A stretch of DNA of 64,000 nucleotides from Bugula neritina (lineage: Eukaryota; Animalia; Bryozoa): the NCBI GenBank assembly GCA_964035545.1, contig OZ037766.1, positions 31,548,773 to 31,612,772 of the forward strand. The letters are read 5' to 3'. Below the pieces are notes generated by a model. The model saw only the letters and a list, made by a program, of their open reading frames with translations, made no database searches and had not been told where the DNA came from. Numbering within the stretch: position 1 is the stretch's first letter; each line of letters starts with the position of its first letter. The translations under genes were made by a program, and so were the position numbers. Positions 13,201 through 27,600 of this stretch are shown here, in pieces.

Positions 13201-15125
13201 GAACACAGAAAAATTAGTTACAATGTTAACACAACAGACGAAACTGTGCACACCTTAGTTCAGTTGTGGCAAGAAATCAGAATGAATTGTTAGTTAATCA
13301 TTACAATTGAGTTTTTTACTGCCTTGCGGATACTCACGGACACAAGTTCCCGGCGAGTCGACACAGTTGAGATCAACACAGGTCGTCTGGTTGTCACAAG
13401 AATAATCATCACACTCATTCCAGTCTGGCTTACAGTACTTCTCTTTATAGCAGTAAGAACCTTTGCACTGGCACTTCCCTGGTAATCAGTGAAATGTGAA
13501 TAAAGTACTGGGAAATGAGTTATTAACTGATCAGCTACTTTGGAAAAGAAACAAAATTGACTCATTCTCACCAAATCTGTCATTACAGTGGCTGTTTGGT
13601 ATGAGGTTACAATCAGCATTGCTGTCACAGCCAATTTCAGTCAGCGTAAAGTCATCTTTGGTACATCTGGTTCCACTCTCGTCCAGTTTGTACCCTTCTA
13701 AACATTTACACATTCTACTCTCTGTGCTGCACTCCATGTTTCTATCTGAACATTTAGTCAGACACGGCGGACACTAAACGAGAATGAGTAACAGAAACAA
13801 ATGAAAGTTAAATTAGAGCCAGATAAGCGTGATATCTTTTGATAAACCATCTTTTCTAACACATAAAGTAATGCCTTAATCATGACTACAAAATATCCCT
13901 AGTATTCCATATTCAATGCATTCTAACATATAGGAAGGAAAAATCTCAACCTTGCTACTAGTAAGATAAACTCAAGCTGGCAAGAATATATTCAACTATT
14001 GTTTGTTCAGTGAGGTTGTTTGTGTTACTCAACTATATAAACTACCATCATATGAAATTCAATACAACATTATGAAGATCTGCATATATATCAAGTTTCT
14101 AGGCTCTACAATTCAAACACCAGAGAAACTAAAAGTCGTAGAGTAAATACGTCTGCAACATACACTGAGGCAGACGACATCAATCAGCCATTCACATTTT
14201 CCAGTAGCAGCTGATCTTCTCATCCCATCAATACATCTGCATTTATCATCATCACACTTCTCTGTGATTACTTCTTCACATTCCCCTCCAGTTGTACAAT
14301 CAGGGTCTTCAGCTAAAAGTCAAGGTCACAGTATATTATTCAAACACGTGTCAAGCTCTGTACTTACTTTTAATCAGATTCATATCTTTAGTACATATAT
14401 ACTTACCTTTAACAATAGTCGTACATTGAGATACATATATTTACCTTTAACAATAGTTATTCCTTAAGGTACATATTAGACTTACCTTTAACAATAGTCA
14501 TATCTTTAAGCACATATACTTACCTTTAACAATAGCCGTATCTTTAGGCACATATACTTACCTTTAACAATAGTCGTATCTTTAGGCACGCAGACTTGTT
14601 TAGCTGCCTCTAGAGTCTCACAGGCCTGATGCCCGAGACAGTCAGTGTCTTCATTACAGAGCAGCTGACAGAGTCCAGACTCAGTGTTACAGTCCGTGTA
14701 GTCTGAACAGTCACTCGTGGAGCTGCACTTCTTGTAACAATGGCCGACGTCACATTGGTGATTGGCTGAACAATCTTTATCATCTTCACAACCTAAAATC
14801 AAATGGTAATAATTAAGAAAGTAGACTAGGAAAATTATCACCTTGTAAATTAATTAGGGAATTTTTAGAATAACTGAGTTGGCAGAGCTAGTGGAAGTAG
14901 TAGACCTAGTATAATGAGTAGAATAACTATTGATACAACTAGTAGTAATATAACTAGTCGTAGTATAGGTAGTACAGGTAGTACAGGTAGTGCAGGTAGT
15001 AGTAGCAGTAGTAGTAGCGGTAGTAGTAGTGGTAGTAGTGGTAGTAGTGGTAGTAGCAGTAGTAGTAGTAGTAGCAGTAGTAGTAGTAGTAGCGGTAACG
15101 GTAGCAGTAGTAGTAGTAGTAGTAC

Positions 15126-15163
<38 letters not shown>

Positions 15164-15360
15164 ATAGTAAAGTAGTAGTAGTAGTGCTAGTAGTAGTAGT
15201 AGTAGTAGTAGTAGTAATAGTAGTAGTAAAGTAGTAGTAGTAGTGCTAGTAGTAGTAGTAGTAGTAGTAAAGTAGTAGTAGTAGTGGTAGTAGTGGTAGT
15301 AGTGGTAGTAGTAGTAGTAGCAGTAGTAGTAGTAGCAGTAGTAGTAGCGGTAACGGTAGC

Positions 15361-15406
<46 letters not shown>

Positions 15407-15455
15407 AAGTAGTAGTAGTAGTGCTAGTAGTAATAGTAGTAGTAGTAGTAGTAGC

Positions 15456-15496
<41 letters not shown>

Positions 15497-15643
15497 CGGT
15501 AACGGTAGCAGTAGCAGTAGTAGCAGTAGTAGTAGTTAGTAGCGGTAACGGTAGCAGTAGTAGTAGTAGTAGTAGTAAAGTAGTAGTAGTAGTGAGTGGT
15601 AGTAGTAGTAGTAGCGGTAGTAGTAGTGGTAGTAGTAGTAGTG

Positions 15644-15683
<40 letters not shown>

Positions 15684-18600
15684 CAGTAGTAGTAGTAGTA
15701 GTAGCATTAGTATCAATAGATTAGAAGCAGCCATCAAACACAAAGTAGTTGTTGACAGACGTTACCAGGAAGTAGCTGCTGGCAGACGGCTCCTGCGTAC
15801 TGAACCATTCCCTGCTTGCAGACGCATTTAGACTTATCTTCAGCACACTCAGATCCAGCAATTAGCTTTCCACAGTCAGTGGCTCCAGAAATTTCTCCCT
15901 GGATCAAAATTCTCAGCAATGAGTCATTAACTGAAGCTATGTATGAGTCATACATCTAACTACCCAATCATCCCTTTGATGGCAAAAATTACAGTCAAAA
16001 CCCAAAACTAAACTTCAACACTAAACTGTATGAAACTAGCATTCAACCATTTGATTTTATTGTTAGCAAACATGAAGTATACTGATTAAACTTGAATAAA
16101 GCATGAACTTTAGAAAATTCCTAAGGACAAGCTGCAACAAAATTGAAATAATATTTGTAAGTTGTTCGACTACAATGGAGGTTTCACTTAGTTTCCTAAA
16201 AGAGAACAGCATTTACAGTGAAAATTTAGTTTCAATTGCCTTTTGGCAAAGCAAAGGTGATGATTACCATGATTTCATACCATGTGTGTAAAAATTATAA
16301 CACATTTAGAGAGTTACTAAGGTATACACAGATCTTCAAGTGAGACATATATTAACCCAAGCACACACAACTCCAAAGTGTGAAATAATCAAGTGTACCA
16401 GTATATAGCCATCGGGCTTGTAGATATTAGGGGGGCACAAGACGTCGTACAGTAAACACTCTCCAAACTCATTGGCCCTGGGCTCCGGACACCCACATGT
16501 GAGAGACACCTCGCCAGGCAGCGTTTTACAGGAAACTGTGTATATGAGACAGCGCAGGAGTTATTAAATATTGAAGATATACTTAGAATATTGATGGTGT
16601 ACTTAGCATATAGGTGGTGTACTTAGAATATGGGTGGTGTACTTAGCATATAGGTGGTGAACTTACAACTCAACCGTGATACTTGGAATGTTATTATTAC
16701 AATTCATGCAGCCAGTATTTCATTCAACATAATAAAGGAGCCATGGGATATTAATTTAAAAATTAAGATGAAAAGATAGCTCTAACTTGAGTAAATAGAA
16801 AACAAACTATAATTTAAAGAAAAGGTTTACAAATACCACTATCTGAAGGAATTACCTTGTTTATTGCAATCCTTGAGACAGACACCACTTTGACACGTGA
16901 AGCCAGTTGTTGCGCATAGAAACTTTTCCACCTGACAGGGGTCACTGCAGTTGACCCCGTTACAGTAGCTGTTAGTACCACAGTCAGAGGAACTAGTACA
17001 TGGAATATCAGTGAATTTAGGACACGTGTCTGTATCTGCGCTAGAGGGCTGCGAGCAAGCCTCCCGACATATTCCTTCAAATATGATGAGAAACTAGGCT
17101 ATTCACCAAACAAAGTTATGAATAGAAAAAACTCACCATGTACATAAAAAGTAGTTGTTAGATAACATTTGTTTTAAAATGTCAGAATGAAACATCCAAC
17201 AACAACAACACTGATTGCAAACAGAACTAAATTTTAATATAATATAATATATATGAAAATATATATAATATAATATAATAAATATAAAAATATATATAAT
17301 ATAATTTAATATATATGAAAAACCTCTTTGGTATCCAATAAGAATTCTGTAACAGTAACTCCTAGTGAGAAGATTATGCTGATTTCAAAACAAAACTGCA
17401 AACAATACACTAATAATTATTGAGCTGATAACGCAAAGATTTGTTCAACTAGTGAACTGCATTTCCCAACTTTCCTACCTTCTTGACAGACCTGTCCAGA
17501 GAGACATTGGGAGTTGTCAGTACATATGTTGGTACAGTATCCACACTCGCATTTCTGTCCATTGTTACAGTTAGAGTCAAACTCACATGTATAGTCACAA
17601 TATCCTGAATCAAAACAAGTTATGAAACAATTCTTAGCATTTTTATTATGCCATTTCCTGTTAAATATAACGAATATACAATGTCTATACAGTACTATAC
17701 CATTTCTTGTTATATATAATCAAGGTATATAATATCTGTACAGTATTATACCATTAATACAAGTGAATCCAAATGGACAGGGAGTCACTGAACTGTCACA
17801 TTTCTGGTAACATCTGTAGCCTCTGCACTCAAATCCATAGGGACAACCATCAATACAGACTTCACTTGGGGGCGACACACAACGGTCTCCTAATCGCTGA
17901 TAAGGGTGTTCACACAAACACCTAAAACAAAACAAATATTAAAAGATTAAGCAAACATTCAAAAGTACAAAGTTTAAATTTACATTTTCAGCAAATATAA
18001 AAATTTTCAACAAAATATATTTATTTCTAAAACTCTTAACATTCTGATCAGAAAAAATGAGAGAGAGTTTTCATCTGAATTCATATTATCCTAGTTCAAT
18101 ATTTCCATGACATGCTGTGTAGCAACACTGTGTAGTAACACTGTATAGTAACACTGTATAGTAACACACTGTATAGTAACACACTGTCTGGTAACACACT
18201 GTCTGGTAACACACTGTCTGGTAACACACTGTCTGGTAACACACTGTCTGGTAACATACTGTATACTAACACAATGTCTGGTAACATACTGTATAGTAAC
18301 ACTGTATAGTAACACTGTCTGGTAACACACTGTATAGTAACACACTGTCTGGTAACATACTGTATAGTAACACACTGTCTGGTAACATACTGTATAGTAA
18401 CACACTGTCTGGTAACACACTGTATAGTAGTAACACTGTATAGTAACACACTGTATAGTAACACTGTATAGTAACACACTGCATAGTAACACACTGTATA
18501 GTAACACACTGTCTGGTAACACACTGTCTGGTAACACACTGTATAGTAACACACTGTATAGTAACACACTGTCTGGTAACACACTGTATAGTAACACACT

Positions 18601-21600
18601 GTCTGGTAACACACTGTCTGGTAACACACTGTATAGTAACACACTGTCTGGTAACACACTGTCTGGTAACACTGTATAGTAACATACTGTATAGTAACAC
18701 ACTGTCTGGTAACACACTGTCTGGTAACACACTGTATAGTAACACACTGTATAGTAACACACTGTCTGGTAACACACTGTATAGTAACACACTGTCTGGT
18801 AACACACTGTCTGGTAACACTGTATAGTAACACACTGTATAGTAACACTGTATAGTAACACACTGCATAGTAACACACTGTATAGTAACACACTGTATAG
18901 TAACACTGCATAGTAACACACTGTCTGGTAACATACTGTCTGGTAACATACTGTCTGGTAACATACTGTATAGTAACACACTGTCTGGTAACACACTGTA
19001 TAGTAACATACTGTCTGGTAACATACTGTATAGTAACACACTGTCTGGTAACACACTGTCTGGTAACACACTGTCTGGTAACACACTGTCTGGTAACATA
19101 CTGTATAGTAACACTGTATAGTAACACACTGTATAGTAACACACTGTATAGTAACATACTGTATAGTACAATAAATACACTGCCCTGAGCTATAATTTGA
19201 ATAGTAAGATTACCAGTTGTTTTCAGGATGACATGTAGAATGCTGCAGTCTGGAATCGCAATAACTTTGCCCCGAGACATCAAAGTTAATAGATGCACAT
19301 GGAACTGGGTATTCCACACATTTTCCTTGGTACGCTCTCAGACACTCACATGCTCCAAGGACACACAACTCCTCAAGACCTGACGAATCACATTATTTCA
19401 TTATTTTTGCTATTATGGTAAAATATGTCAATTATGGTGAAAACTAGTAAATATTCAAACTTTTATAAGTTTTACCAATAAAACCAGCTTACCGCAGTCT
19501 TTCTCAGTTTTACATTTACTACCCAGGTGAATTCCGTTCCTGCAGAGACGTCCAGAACAGTAAGAGCCGATGTCACAATCACTGGAAGAGTCACAAATAT
19601 CCCCGGTGGGGGTCTTACAGTAGCCATCTTGGAAGTCACAGTACAAGTGAGACGGACATATTGGAGTATCTCCGTTATCTTCATCTTCCGTGCAGGCAAT
19701 CACACAAACTCCTGCGGATAAAACAGACATAGTAGCAGAAGAAAGAACACATTCTACCATCACAGTTGGATATCTTTACAGAATGTCAGTCTGACCTCCA
19801 TCACAGATGAACTCATCTCCACAGTCTAAGGTTCTGGCACAAGGAGCAGAACAGAGTCCATGAACACACTGAAGTCCTCGAGCACACTGACCGCTGTCTG
19901 TACATCTCTCACGGCAGCCATCTTCTTTTGGCTAAACAATGAGTTTACAGTCACAAGAATTGAACAAATAATTCTTATTAAAGAAATGTATTCGTATTTA
20001 ATGAGTAAAAAGAGTAGTTTGAATGTTTTTGATAAATCATACTATATATTACTGAATCACCAAACCATATATTAATACTATAGTAATATAATATCATAGT
20101 ATATTATTGTACTACTTTGCAAATAGCTATATCATCATTATATCTTATCACTATATTATTGTATTGCATTGAATATCAACAGTTCAGTTAGTTATTCAGT
20201 TTGACTAGAACCTGTTAAGATGCAGTAAATGAAACCAACACAAGAGAATCAACATAAGAACAAATAAGACGTATATAAGAGGTTTGCACACAACAACACA
20301 GCTACTTGATATCAACTCTGTTTGAGTAGAATGATATGTCTTTACCGAACATTCCGTCGAGCAGTAGCCCTGGATACACACTTGAGATGCGGCGCAGTTC
20401 TCTGATGTCACACACTTCTGCACGCATTTACCGTTCTGACAGGAAGTCCCAGGTCCGCAGTCGATGTCAGCTAGTCCAGCTGCGCACGCTTTGCCACATA
20501 ATCCGTAGACACACACTTCGGCACAATTAAAATCTAAACAATGAGTATATTTATGTAGTCTGGTAACTCGATTGAAAAAATTGATATAATTAAAAAAATT
20601 TCTATAAAAATTTTCACAATCTGTTTAATTAAATTGCAAAAATACTCCATCAAAGGTTCTCACAAGGATAGCGACTATAAACATGTGCAAGTGAATGAGT
20701 TGAAGGTATTTCAAGCTAGTAACATAATGTGGTTAGGATTGCAGTTGATGAGCCCACGGATGACCTCACCAAAGACACAGGAAGCCACGCATACTCGGTT
20801 TGCACAGACATTGCCCGGTTCGCAGTCTGTGTCTTGGTCGCAGTTACGTTGGCATTCCCCGTTGACACAGTACTGGTTGTGACCACAGTCATCTTGTCCT
20901 TCTGTACATCTCTGAATGCACACGCCTTCTGGTGAACAGTACTGACTCCTGTCACATTCAGAGTCCACAACACATTCCAGCATACAATGACCTGTAATAG
21001 CAGGTGCTTTCTCTTCCAATACATGCATAGAAAACTAAATATATATTTGGAAATTATTGTCTGTCAAATTCTGAATGAGTGCCAGCAGCTTCATGAGTCA
21101 TTGCTCAAAGTTGTTGATACAACTTTTTAACTTCAAGTAAATGCAGAAAAAAAGAAAAGGCAGAAGGTTAAAGCAAATATTGAATTTATCTAAACTCTCG
21201 AATATATTTTAATATCATCACTCCTGTATTATTCGAGGTCTATAGACCGCAGGCAAAGTATACATCACAGAGCAATACCTGAGAAACATCGGTAGCCAGG
21301 GTAACTGTTGCAGTCATCAGTGCAGAGCGGATAACAGTTTCCAGCTAAACACGAGGCGGTGAGAGGGCATTCAGCATCCGTATAGCACACTGTAAGTATA
21401 CATAGTGGGGTGTAGATATTCAGCTATAGCACTATAATAGCACACTGTAAGTATACATAGTAGGGTGTAGAAATTCAGCTATAGCACCACAATAGCACAC
21501 TGTAAGTGCAGAAAATACAGTGAGGGTAGATATACAATAGCACTACAGTAGTCACCGTAAGGAAGCTCAGTATTTGAAAAAGAGCACATCGAATGGTCAC

Positions 21601-24600
21601 AATACTAATATAGTGACAGGAATTGTATATGTTGTTCGGGCAATGTCTCACAACCAACAAATTCAACTTTCAGAAGCTGCCATTTCCAACAAATAACGAC
21701 AAAATAAATTCTATTTCTCATTCAGGATTATAAAGCAGTAAATTAAACATATAAAACTTATAATGTTGATAACCCACAATGTAAAATATTTCAATCATGG
21801 AATTGAAAATAATGTAATAACTTGAGTAACACTTACTGTCAAAGAATCCTAACTTCCTGTCTAAAAGCCAGACGTTGACACACTCCTCTCCGATAATGAC
21901 GGTGTTGTCTGGGCAGACGCACCAATCATATCTGGCGTCACAGACCTGACCATGTGAGCAGGCAGCATCTCCTTCCAGCTGCTTGTTGCAAGGAGTCGGA
22001 GGGGAACCAACACACTGATTGGCTCCATTTCTGATACAGTCACACTGTCCACTCACACACTCGCCGTTTACTCCTGCAAGTATGAATATCATTATGTGTG
22101 TTAGTCAGCTAGTTAGCTAGCTAGTTAGTTAGTTAGCTAGTTAGTTAGCTAGTTAGTTAGCTAGTTAGTTAGTTAGTGAGTCAGTCAGTCATCAGTCAGT
22201 CAGTCAGTTATGATATCAAAAAGAATTCTCTTATGCATAGAGTAAAGATATTAGACATTATTGGCATGTTTACCAACAAGTGATATACTACAATGGTAAA
22301 TAAAAGAATTGAATGCAGCAAATATTTGTTGAAAAACATTTTAGAAACAGTAGTCTATCAATTTGATTGTAGAAACTAATTATCTGAAGCTTTAGCAGAG
22401 TGACCTTGCTTAGAAAATCTTAGAGTCAAGCAAAACCTGAATAAATGAATAAGCAACGGAATTCTAGAGTTAACAAAATGACACGAAGTTACACACGGAT
22501 AATGGTTTCCTTAGCCAAAGTAATGTTATGACTTATATTGAAAACTACAGCACATTGCTAGGGACGTGTCTAACTGATCCCGGAGGTTTGTCTCTTACCG
22601 CAGAACGAGTGTCCAGTCTGCTGGTTACATGCAGCTCCTCCTACGACCGGTTTAATGGGAAGACATTTGTTAGTATCTAGATTACAGTAGAGGTTGTAGT
22701 GTTTGCAGTCTCTCGCACCCTGGAATATACTGTACAGCTGTAACCATAGCAACACTTCCTCTGGACACAAACAACCAACCGGTACTGATACAATTACTAC
22801 TTGGTACAACATTGTAGAGCTTCACACCAGTACTTATGGCTTCTTCTCAATAACCTTCAGCTGGTGACTAGCATAGAGCCTGCATATATGTTTATCAAGA
22901 GAGGGACGATTTACGTTTACCAATGATCAAAAAGAGAAAATGCGTATACATTGGGGTTCGTCTAATTATACTCGTATTATATGATGGGTTAGTTCAGAAG
23001 AAAAACTCACCAAACACTCGACTCCAATTTCTTCCTCTTCTATTTCCTTTTCCTCCAAAACGGGAGGCACACATCCTCCCGTCTGAGCATCACACAGCCA
23101 GCCAATAGTATTGCAGGGAGAAACTAAAAGTTGTAACAAGTATTTTGACTGGTCATCGTACAAACAATTATCCATTTACGAAATAGAGATAAAAGTTTGA
23201 TATAAAGGAAAACAACAACATTGTTATCTTACCATCACAATTTCCGTTGGTTTCACAGGAGCACTTTGGTGAGCACACCCCCAATATACAATATCTGTTT
23301 AGTCCACAGTCTAAGTGCGAATAGCATCTGTTTACTTTAGTTCCATTCACACAGTTTGCATTATCGCCCTAACAACATAACAGGCAAAGACTAAGAGTGA
23401 CTGACAATAGGAGATGACATGAAATGTGTATATGAATGAGTAACATTGATAATGATATCTCAAGTAAAACTGTATACTTGATATTTTGCTACAAGAAAAC
23501 AAGAAATGAATTCAACAATGTTTGATTATAACAGCAATCTAAGAAAAAAATCAAGTGAAAAAACAAACAGATGGAGTAGAGATATACTAACAGAACATGG
23601 CGAAGTAGAGATATACTAACAGAACATGGAGAAGTAGAGATATACTAACAGAACATGGAGTAGTAGAGATATACTAAGAGAACATGGAGTAGTAGAGATA
23701 TACTAACAGAACATGGAGTAGTAGGGATATACTAACAGAACATGGAGTAGTAGAGATATACTAACAGAACATGGAGTAGTAGAGATATACTAACAGAACA
23801 TGGAGTGGTAGAGATATACTAACAGAACATGGAGTAGTAGAGATATACTAACAGAACATGGAGTAGTAGAGATATACTAACAGAACATGGAGTAGTAGAG
23901 ATATACTAACAGAACATGGAGTAGTAGAGATATACTAACAGAACATGGAGTAGTAGAGATATACTAACAGAACATGGAGTAACAGGGATATACTAACAGA
24001 ACATGGAGTAGTAGAGATATACTAACAGAACATGGAGTAGTAGAGATATACTAACAGAACATGGAGTAGTAGAGATATACTAACAGAACATGGAGTAGTA
24101 GAGATATACTAACAGAACATGGAGTAGTAGAGATATACTAACAGAACATGGAGTAGTAGAGATATACTAACAGAACATGGAGTAGTAGGGATATACTAAC
24201 AGAACATGGAGTAGTAGAGATATACTAACAGAACATGGAGTAGTAGAGATATACTAACAGAACATGGAGTAGTAGAGATATACTAACAGAACATGGAGTA
24301 GTAGAGATATACTAACAGAACATGGAGTAGTAGAGATATACTAACAGAACATGGAGTAGTAGAGATATACTAACAGAACATGGAGTAGTAGAGATATACT
24401 AACAGAACATGGAGTAGTAGAGATATACTAACAGAACATGGAGTAGTAGAGATATACTAACAGAACATGGAGTAGTAGAGATATACTAACAGAACATGGA
24501 GTAGTAGAGATATACTAACAGAACATGGAGTAGTAGAGATATACTAACAGAACATGGAGTAGTAGAGATATACTAACAGAACATGGAGTAGTAGAGATAT

Positions 24601-27600
24601 ACTAACAGAACATGGAGAAGTAGAGATATACTAACAGAACATGGAGTAGTAGAGATATACTAACAGAACATGGAGTAACAGGGATATACTAACAGAACAT
24701 GGAGTAACAGGGATATACTAACAGAACATGGAATAGTAGAGATATACTAACAGAACATGGAGTAGTACAAGTAGATAATCCACAGACTTGTCTCTGAGCA
24801 CAATCATTCACATCATTACAGAGTCTTTCACAGACGTACTTCTCGCAGACGTACCCAGAAGGACACGGAGCATTAGCATGACAGATGGGGTTGATAACGC
24901 CACCAGAACAAGACCCATAAGCTAAACTTTGGCTATCATCTAAAACGTTTTTTTAACACTTCAAATTAGAAAACTCAAACAAAAATTAAATGTTTATGAG
25001 CTAAAAACTTATAATTATTTTGAAAGTACCTACAGTCTTCGCTCTCAACTAAAAACTGATATGTAAGTAAGTAATCTTCACAGCTAAAGACAATATTTTG
25101 TCTATCTGACACCCATGTTTACAGAAACATACCTCTCCGTTTAAATCTCACATAGACCGCAAACTGATTCCTACACTTACCTTCATCACACTGATCTCTA
25201 CAGAGGCTACCCACACAGACATCTGTAAGGGATTGGCAGTTTCCGTCAGCTGAACATTGCTCCATACATAAACCCTCAAAACAGTTCTAAAAGCAACAAC
25301 ATTCCCAATGATAGAGTGCTAATCATACACCTACGTCATCCATTCCTGTACATTCTGCTGCAAACTTCTATAGTCTATAGTATACAGTTTTACCTAGAAG
25401 TCTGTACAATTCGTGACATTACCTGAAAGTCCGTACAGTCCGAATCACTCGTACATTTAGCTGCACAGACACAGTCCACACAGAGTTGGTTTGAGTCACA
25501 ATCTGAACTCTCAACACACGTCAGCATTTGCAGTCCGTCAGATGAGACGAGACGCTGAGGAAGAGGGTTGTCCAACTCACATCCTCTGAAACCTACAGGA
25601 AACAGTACTTCATAACAGGAAGGTCGATAAATACACCCTTGATAAAGGAGGGAAAATTATCCACTCTAGTCTTTTACTCTGCAAGCGGAAATAATATAGT
25701 TAACAAAGTAACATTTGATTTGAACTTTATGAGACGTAGTTTGATCTGATAGCATGTGTGTTTACATGAAACATTCATAAACATATAAACATCTAAAGCA
25801 CTTAATACCCTGAAAATACAAATAATATAAAATAATGGTAACCTTGCGGAAATAAAACTAATTATCATGAAAATACAAATATGTATACAAATACAAAGAA
25901 CTAGCCACCAAAAATGATAATATATAACATGTGTAAAATTTATAACATCTGGGGACAAATATACATTTCTACTGCGTAATACAGACTCCCGGTGTATAGT
26001 AATCATTCACAGCGTGTCAGGAATACAAACACAAGTTAAACTATTCACATCCTGTCCTTCCAACACACGACATGAATACAGAAACAGCAAGCGTTAAACA
26101 AATGTATCACACTATTACACAGCTGTTTACCTTCTCCCTTGTCGGCTATAGAGTAACAGTGGTAACTGATGCAGATATCATCTTCAGCTCTGCATTCAGA
26201 ATCTTCTCGGCAATCTACAGAAACATTTATCCAAAGCAATGTTCAGCAGAGGATGTGTAAGTTGGCCTTGACATGACATAGTCATCAAACAGGACGTTGT
26301 CGGAGTTACTCATATCAATTATTGCACATTTTCTATCAAGAATATTTTCTATGTATATTTTTGTTGTTGGTCAAACTAATTTTTTGAGTATCAAAGACAA
26401 GACTAAAAGATACATTCAATAAAACTGAAGTTAGACTGAGAACTTAGCTGCATATAAACGCATTAAGAAGTAGAGATACAAAGGCTAGCTAGATAACTGC
26501 TCTACCTTCCTCAAGAATATCTTTCTCTTCGAAAACATCTGGCGCCTCGTCAGGGTGGGTCGTCGGGAGCCCGTCCCAACCGGGCCTCAAGTGACAAAAA
26601 CGATCCATGGCACACACTTCATTCAGACCTGTATTACACAAACAGTAATGTGTAGAACTGTATAGTAATGTAGAACTGTATAGTAATGTAGAGCTGTATA
26701 GTAATGTAGAGCTGTATAGTAATGTAGAACTGTATAGTAATGTAGAGCTGTATAGTAATGTAGAGCTGTATAGTAATGTAGAGCTGTATAGTAATGTGTA
26801 GAACTGTATAGTAATGTAGAGCTGTATAGTAATGTAGAGCTGTATAGTAATGTAGAGCTGTATAGTAATGTAGAGCTGTATAGTAATGTAGAGCTGTATA
26901 GTAATGTAGAGCTGTATAGTAATGTAGAGCTGTATAGTAATGTAGAGCTGTATAGTAATGTAGAGCTGTATAGTAATGTAGAGCTGTATAGTAATGTAGA
27001 GCTGTATAGTAATGTGTAGAACTGTATAGTAATGTAGAGCTGTATAGTAATGTAGAGCTGTATAGTAATGTAGAGCTGTATAGTAATGTAGAGCTGTATA
27101 GTAATGTAGAGCTGTATAGTAATGTAGAGCTGTATAGTAATGTAGAGCTGTATAGTAATGTAGAGCTGTATAATAATGTAAAGCATACACACGGGCCTTG
27201 CTTAATTAGACTAAACATTAAGATAAAAGCTCAGCATTCAAATTGAAAATTGATTGACTTATCAAGAATTTACCTTAAGACTACAGAACTTTACTACTGA
27301 AGGAAACAAAATGATCACTTACCACAATTCTGAGTTTTACACGGAGCTCCGACTTTATTTATTGGTTTACACACACTGTCCACTGGACTGCAGTAGACAA
27401 CACGGGTTTTGACGCAGTCCTCGTTCCCTTCACATTGCCTGCCTATCAGGTTTACACACACCTGTCTCTGGGTGTCACATGTCTGGTACACTGAGCACTG
27501 AGTGTCTGATGAACACTTTATCTGACACTTATATGCCTCACAGCTGTATCTAAAATGAAAACAGGAAATCATTCAAACTGTTGGCCCATTACAGACAACA

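Noticed and set aside
23572-24767. CRISPR-like appearance of 25-46-bp repeat arrays
   Set aside because: Units are head-to-tail with no unique spacers, there are no cas genes, and the context is eukaryotic introns.
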